Virus record (IMG/VR): IMGVR_UViG_3300007973_000005
Span: 1 to 39,131 of that record
Source: a virus
Lineage: Duplodnaviria; Caudoviricetes
Direction: 5' to 3' (one strand)
DNA length: 39,131 nt
Shown here: in pieces, positions 35,129-39,131 of the stretch
How positions within the stretch are numbered: the stretch's first letter is position 1
Layout: each line of letters opens with the position of its first letter
Translations under genes and position numbers: made by a program
Notes under the pieces: generated by a model
The model's input: only the letters and a program-made list of their open reading frames with translations
Database searches by the model: none
Told to the model about the DNA's origin: nothing

Positions 35129-35433
35129 TGAGCCGCGATGACACAATCATGACCAGCCTGCTCTACGAGCGAGCCGCGCAATGCGGATCATGGGCGGGAG
35201 ATCTGGCCGTCAGTAAAGAGGGCGAGACGATCGACTTTTATGGTCGGCGGATGTTGAGACTTGCAAAAAAGCAGCGAATCAAACCGACGGACACAGACGA
35301 GGAAATTGCAAAGGCGATAACTCCAATCATGGCGTGGCTGTTCTGGCAAATCGCTCCAGACCTGCTGATGTGGATTGTCGAAGCGATCAGAAAACGAATT
35401 TGGGTTAACGAAAACCGGGCCACTCACGTATGA
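35128..35433 (+). CDS. hypothetical protein
   Basis: Coupled; amphipathic/hydrophobic C-terminal helix. Confidence 0.6.
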   Translation: MSRDDTIMTSLLYERAAQCGSWAGDLAVSKEGETIDFYGRRMLRLAKKQRIKPTDTDEEIAKAITPIMAWLFWQIAPDLLMWIVEAIRKRIWVNENRATHV

Positions 35434-35786
35434 CACTCGCACAATCAGCAACAATGATAGGCAGCCCTGAGTTATGGGGCCAGCTTGGCGGCATTCTCGG
35501 GCTCATCGTGTTCGCCATGTTTGTCGGTGTGTTCTTCATTTTGAGGTGGGTGTTTTCGCGGTCGGAGAAACAGGACGTGCGCCAGCAAAAATTCCTCGAT
35601 GAGTTGATGGCAGCACATCGGGCGGAGCGAGAATCGGATAGACAAGAACGGCGACAAGAACATCTGGACAGGGACCAAAAGTTCGAGGCTTTAGTTCTGC
35701 GATCAGTTGGTGTAATCGATAATTTGACAACGGAGCAGCATGCGACGCGGCAGTTGCTGGAGCGGTTGCAATGCACACGATCTTGA
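35430..35786 (+). CDS. single-TM protein with a coiled coil (holin/spanin-like)
   Basis: LGGILGLIVFAMFVGVFFIL followed by a charged helix. Confidence 0.6.
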   Translation: MTLAQSATMIGSPELWGQLGGILGLIVFAMFVGVFFILRWVFSRSEKQDVRQQKFLDELMAAHRAERESDRQERRQEHLDRDQKFEALVLRSVGVIDNLTTEQHATRQLLERLQCTRS

Positions 35787-36157
35787 TGGTCAACACGTTA
35801 CTGTCGGCAGTTACGGCGATGCTATGTTTGGTCGTTGTTGTCGTGTGGATGCCTCGTGTCGTCGGTGGTAATCATACATTGTTGCTGGCAGGTATCGTAG
35901 TTGGTTTTGCCGGAGCGTTTTGCGACAATGTGTATTGGGGGATTACTTGGTACTCGAAGCTGCAACAATGGGACACGATGCAATGGTGGTTTAATAATGG
36001 TCCGATTGCCAACATCTTTTTTCGCCACGGCATGAAGCTGACAGCGGCGGCTTGTCACTTGGAAGCGGCAAGGCGTGCAGGCATTGAAAACGTGACGGAG
36101 CTTAGTGTTGCGGCACTGATCGGAAGCCTGTTTTTATTCGGCACGTTGTGTTTGTAG
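35771..36157 (+). CDS. multi-pass membrane protein
   Basis: Three to four hydrophobic segments. Confidence 0.6.
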   Translation: MHTILMVNTLLSAVTAMLCLVVVVVWMPRVVGGNHTLLLAGIVVGFAGAFCDNVYWGITWYSKLQQWDTMQWWFNNGPIANIFFRHGMKLTAAACHLEAARRAGIENVTELSVAALIGSLFLFGTLCL

Positions 36158-36158
36158 G

Positions 36159-36186
36159 GAGTAGCGGATCTGTTGATCCGCTGTTG
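36159..36186. repeat. palindromic site J (same family as A-I; may double as a terminator)
   Basis: GAGTAGCGG-ATCTGTTGAT-CCGCTGTTG, 1 nt after stop TAG and followed by ATTTTT. Confidence 0.75.
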
Positions 36187-36203
36187 ATTTTTGAGGGCTG
36201 AAA

Positions 36204-37415
36204 ATGGGCGTCGAAGCCGTAATTGCAACGCAGGTGATCGACACAACGTCTGTCGGCAGGTCGCTCATGACTGCTGCGGACGCTGCGGCGGCACGGACGG
36301 CATTAAGCCTTGGGACTCTTGCGACACAGTCAGGGACGTTTTCCGGAACGTCCAGCGGCACGAATACTGGCGACCAGACGACAATCTCTGGAAACGCTGG
36401 ATCAGCAACAGTCCTGCAGACTGCTCGGAACATAAACGGAGTCAGCTTCGACGGCTCTGCGAATATCACTGTGACGGCAGCAGGGTCCACGCTTTCGGAC
36501 ACTGTCACTGTTGCGAAAGGCGGGACCGGATTAACTGCACTTGGAACTGCATTGCAGGTGCTGAGGGTTAATGCAGGGGCGACGGCTCTGGAGTATGCCA
36601 CGGCAAGTGGGGGAACTCCGGCCGGTTCCAGTGGGCAGGTTCAGTACAACAATGCCGGGGCATTTGGAGGAATGACGGCAGTCGTGTACGCAGGTTCCGG
36701 CACACTCCTTACTGTGACATCACAGGCTGCGTCAGACGTTCCGCTGTTGGTAAAAGGTGCGGCAAGCCAATCCGGAAATCTGATCGAGACGCGAAACAGC
36801 AGCAACACGGTTTTGACAGCGATCACGTCTGCAGGAGACATACTCTGCTCGATGCTTCGCAGCAGCACAGGTGCGACCACTTCAGCAATTTACGTTGCAG
36901 AGGGGTTACGAAAACGCTGGGAGCTAAGTGGAGCCGAGCAAAATCAGTACATGACGACTGGTTGTGCATTTGACGGCGGTTCAAATTGGATTTTAATCGG
37001 TGGGGGCGGTGCTCCAAGTTATGCACCCGGATCATCGACTCACCGAGTATCACTCGACATCACAAATCGAATTCTGTACCTCGGGACGAACATCCTCGCT
37101 TCACCACTGGCGTACACGCTCGCTGGAACTGGTGGCAGTGGAACCAATATTGTCGGCGGGAAACTCACGCTTTCGGCTGGCCGATCGACCGGAAACGCGA
37201 CTCCGGCGGTCGTGGCATTAGCGTCAACGTCTGCTGGTAGCAGCGGCACGACTCTACAAACACTTCGCGACTGCTTGCATGTCGACGGCAATACTACGGC
37301 AGCGGAGACACCACTGTTGCTGTTGGATATCGACAAAGGGACGCTGCAGCGTGTTTCCATTGGTGCGTCTGATTCGGGCGGTACAGGTTTCAAAGTTTTG
37401 AGGGTGCCGAACTAA
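36204..37415 (+). CDS. tail/head fibre-like protein
   Basis: G/T/A/S-rich; TARNINGVSFDGSANITV, VAKGGTG and GQVQYNNAGAFGG fibre motifs. Confidence 0.75.
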   Translation: MGVEAVIATQVIDTTSVGRSLMTAADAAAARTALSLGTLATQSGTFSGTSSGTNTGDQTTISGNAGSATVLQTARNINGVSFDGSANITVTAAGSTLSDTVTVAKGGTGLTALGTALQVLRVNAGATALEYATASGGTPAGSSGQVQYNNAGAFGGMTAVVYAGSGTLLTVTSQAASDVPLLVKGAASQSGNLIETRNSSNTVLTAITSAGDILCSMLRSSTGATTSAIYVAEGLRKRWELSGAEQNQYMTTGCAFDGGSNWILIGGGGAPSYAPGSSTHRVSLDITNRILYLGTNILASPLAYTLAGTGGSGTNIVGGKLTLSAGRSTGNATPAVVALASTSAGSSGTTLQTLRDCLHVDGNTTAAETPLLLLDIDKGTLQRVSIGASDSGGTGFKVLRVPN

Positions 37416-37747
37416 TGGACAAAATAACAATCACAATCACTCGCGGGTGTGACGCTCAAGGCGTCGGCGGTTCAGTCGTCGATAATGCCGCTGCCGTCCT
37501 CGGTTCGATGCCGGACGGAACGCCAATCGTTGACGCTCTGGTCGCGGCATTTGCGGATGCTTACGGGGTTCACGAGGTGGATGGTGAGCCAGTCAGCGGA
37601 TACCGCAATTTGTCATACCGTTGCCGTCAGTACATGACTGAGATTGTCTCGTCATACGCAGCAAAAACGGCAGCAGCAGTGGCTCAAAGTCAGGCTCAGG
37701 CGGCAGTGGCTCATGCTCTTGGCTCTGTTCAGATTCTGGAGTCTTAA
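37415..37747 (+). CDS. hypothetical protein (possible fibre chaperone)
   Basis: TAATG coupling to the fibre gene. Confidence 0.55.
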   Translation: MDKITITITRGCDAQGVGGSVVDNAAAVLGSMPDGTPIVDALVAAFADAYGVHEVDGEPVSGYRNLSYRCRQYMTEIVSSYAAKTAAAVAQSQAQAAVAHALGSVQILES

Positions 37748-37750
37748 ACC

Positions 37751-38224
37751 GTGGCGACGCAAACAGTCGAATTCAGATCACCACCATCGCAGACGATCAC
37801 AGCTAAATTGTTTGCAGTTGGGAGCGATACGCAGGTTGCGTCGGTATCAGCGACCGAGGCGACCAACCGCAAAGGCACGTATGCAGCGGTCTACACCGAT
37901 GTTGCGGCTGGCGAGTATGAGTTGATTGCATTGGTAGGATCTATTCCAGTGGCTCGCTGGTTTGTCACCCTAACACTAACGACGGCGACGTTTCAGGCAC
38001 GCGAAAAAGTAAACGCGGAACTGGACTCCGCTGTTGCGACGAAGATCGACAACATCCAAGACGCTGCAGGGTGGCTCTTGGCAATCAGCTCTGGAGCCGT
38101 CGCGAATCCGCAGACATCGACTGAGCAATACGACATCACGCAATTTGGCGTCAATTATCGAGTTGCGATGGCAGGGTTGACTTCCACTGGAACAAGGACA
38201 GCGCCAACGCTGAGCAAGCCATGA
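37751..38224 (+). CDS. hypothetical virion-like protein
   Basis: Beta-rich; NRKGTYAA and GTRTAPTL motifs; RBS GGAG. Confidence 0.6.
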   Translation: MATQTVEFRSPPSQTITAKLFAVGSDTQVASVSATEATNRKGTYAAVYTDVAAGEYELIALVGSIPVARWFVTLTLTTATFQAREKVNAELDSAVATKIDNIQDAAGWLLAISSGAVANPQTSTEQYDITQFGVNYRVAMAGLTSTGTRTAPTLSKP

Positions 38225-38439
38225 GCCAAGGACGATACTCACAACGGGGGTTTGCGTTTCAGGGCTTTGCGTTTCGAACGTGGGGGCTGGCTGGGGGTGC
38301 GACAACAACGGCGACAGATCCAGTCAGTGGATGGACAGCACAACCAGCAAAGCGGCATTTCGTGGCATCGGTGGCAAATAGACTGAGCGTGACATCCACA
38401 CAAGACAGAGTTTGGATTGCGAGGGCTGACAATGGCTGA
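38221..38439 (+). CDS. hypothetical protein
   Basis: ATGA coupling. Confidence 0.5.
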   Translation: MSQGRYSQRGFAFQGFAFRTWGLAGGATTTATDPVSGWTAQPAKRHFVASVANRLSVTSTQDRVWIARADNG

Positions 38440-38815
38440 ATGTGTGCAATCAATCAATGTGATCTGTAAGCACGTTGAGTCAAACGACACCTATTATGTC
38501 GATCTGGCTCCACGGCTTGGAACTGGCGAAACGGTCAGCAGCATCACGTCAGTAACACCGTCAGACGCAAACATGACGGCAGCGTCAGCGACAGTGCTGA
38601 CAGGGGCAACAACGATCACCCAAACCTCACGAGATGAGCAGGGCAATACGACGACGACCACCTATGTCATCGCAGCCAACAAAGGAGCATCGTTTACGTT
38701 GACTGGTGGCAGCACCGGCGCTGGATGCGGAACCGTGACCGTGAAGTTTGTGAAGAGTACAGGCAAGGCAGATGCGGTTGATTGCTTGGTTGAGGTGCAT
38801 GGGGTTGATGTCTGA
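38432..38815 (+). CDS. Ig-like putative fibre adaptor / virion protein
   Basis: K...NDTYYVDLAPRLGTGETVSS...LTGG pattern. Confidence 0.55.
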   Translation: MAECVQSINVICKHVESNDTYYVDLAPRLGTGETVSSITSVTPSDANMTAASATVLTGATTITQTSRDEQGNTTTTTYVIAANKGASFTLTGGSTGAGCGTVTVKFVKSTGKADAVDCLVEVHGVDV

Positions 38816-39111
38816 TGCCAACGTCACCAAAAACATTTAGGAGCAGCGAGCGACGCAAGGAGCGTGAGCAGTTTAGGGGATCGAAGCAGAGTCGTGGTTA
38901 TGGTGGTGAGTGGGAGCGAATCAGCCTATTGAAGCGTCAGCATTGTCCAGTGTGTGAGGTGTGCAATGATGCTGCTGCTGATGACGTGGACCACATTGTT
39001 CCTTTCAATGGAATGGATGATCCAAAGCGGACAGAATGGCAGAACCTGCAGAGCATTTGCAGAGCCTGCCACAACGGTAAGACTCATGGAGGTAGGGGGC
39101 AAAAATGTTGA
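38815..39111 (+). CDS. HNH endonuclease (HK97 gp74-like, terminase-associated)
   Basis: RGYGGEW, CEVC, VDHIVP, NLQSICRACHNGKT; would lie directly upstream of terS if the genome is circularised. Confidence 0.9.
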   Translation: MPTSPKTFRSSERRKEREQFRGSKQSRGYGGEWERISLLKRQHCPVCEVCNDAAADDVDHIVPFNGMDDPKRTEWQNLQSICRACHNGKTHGGRGQKC

Positions 39112-39131
39112 GAACGACACAACCGCAGAAC

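Noticed and set aside
1-39131. Integrase, CI repressor, reverse transcriptase/DGR, DNA polymerase, transposase
   Set aside because: I recognised no corresponding catalytic motifs in any ORF; a highly diverged member could be missed without HMM searches.
39112-39131. cos site or terminal repeat
   Set aside because: HNH-terS adjacency suggests cos packaging, but no terminal repeat or identifiable cos sequence is visible at the window ends.

Overview
The window looks like an essentially complete ~39 kb tailed dsDNA phage genome (HK97-type head, non-contractile-tail gene set). It opens at terS and closes at the HK97 gp74-like HNH gene that normally precedes terS. Almost all real genes are on the + strand. 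Gene order: packaging/head/tail (40-14170, with a -1 frameshift tail chaperone); two glycosyltransferase-like genes; a small divergent control region with an Arc-like RHH gene; SNF2-like helicase plus DNA methyltransferase; DGQHR/ParB-like, CsrA, RuvC-like, RecT-like, replication initiator and DnaB genes; a variable region (27.6-32 kb); a lysis-like module with a papain-family peptidase and no recognisable muramidase; and a second fibre-like structural block. I found no integrase or CI-like repressor. A Planctomycetota host is inferred, mainly from the HTH domain at 30229. The most striking unexplained signal is a family of ~27-bp palindromic sites (9-bp arms, 9-10-bp spacer; half-site roughly NA(G/A)(C/T)A(G/T)(C/A)GG). 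They sit on the stop codons that separate the units of the 27.8-31.9 kb region, downstream of one predicted promoter, which resembles an integron-like gene-cassette array without its own recombinase. One of these units contains only non-canonical tRNA-like RNAs. All product calls come from motif recognition and synteny by eye, not from database searches.
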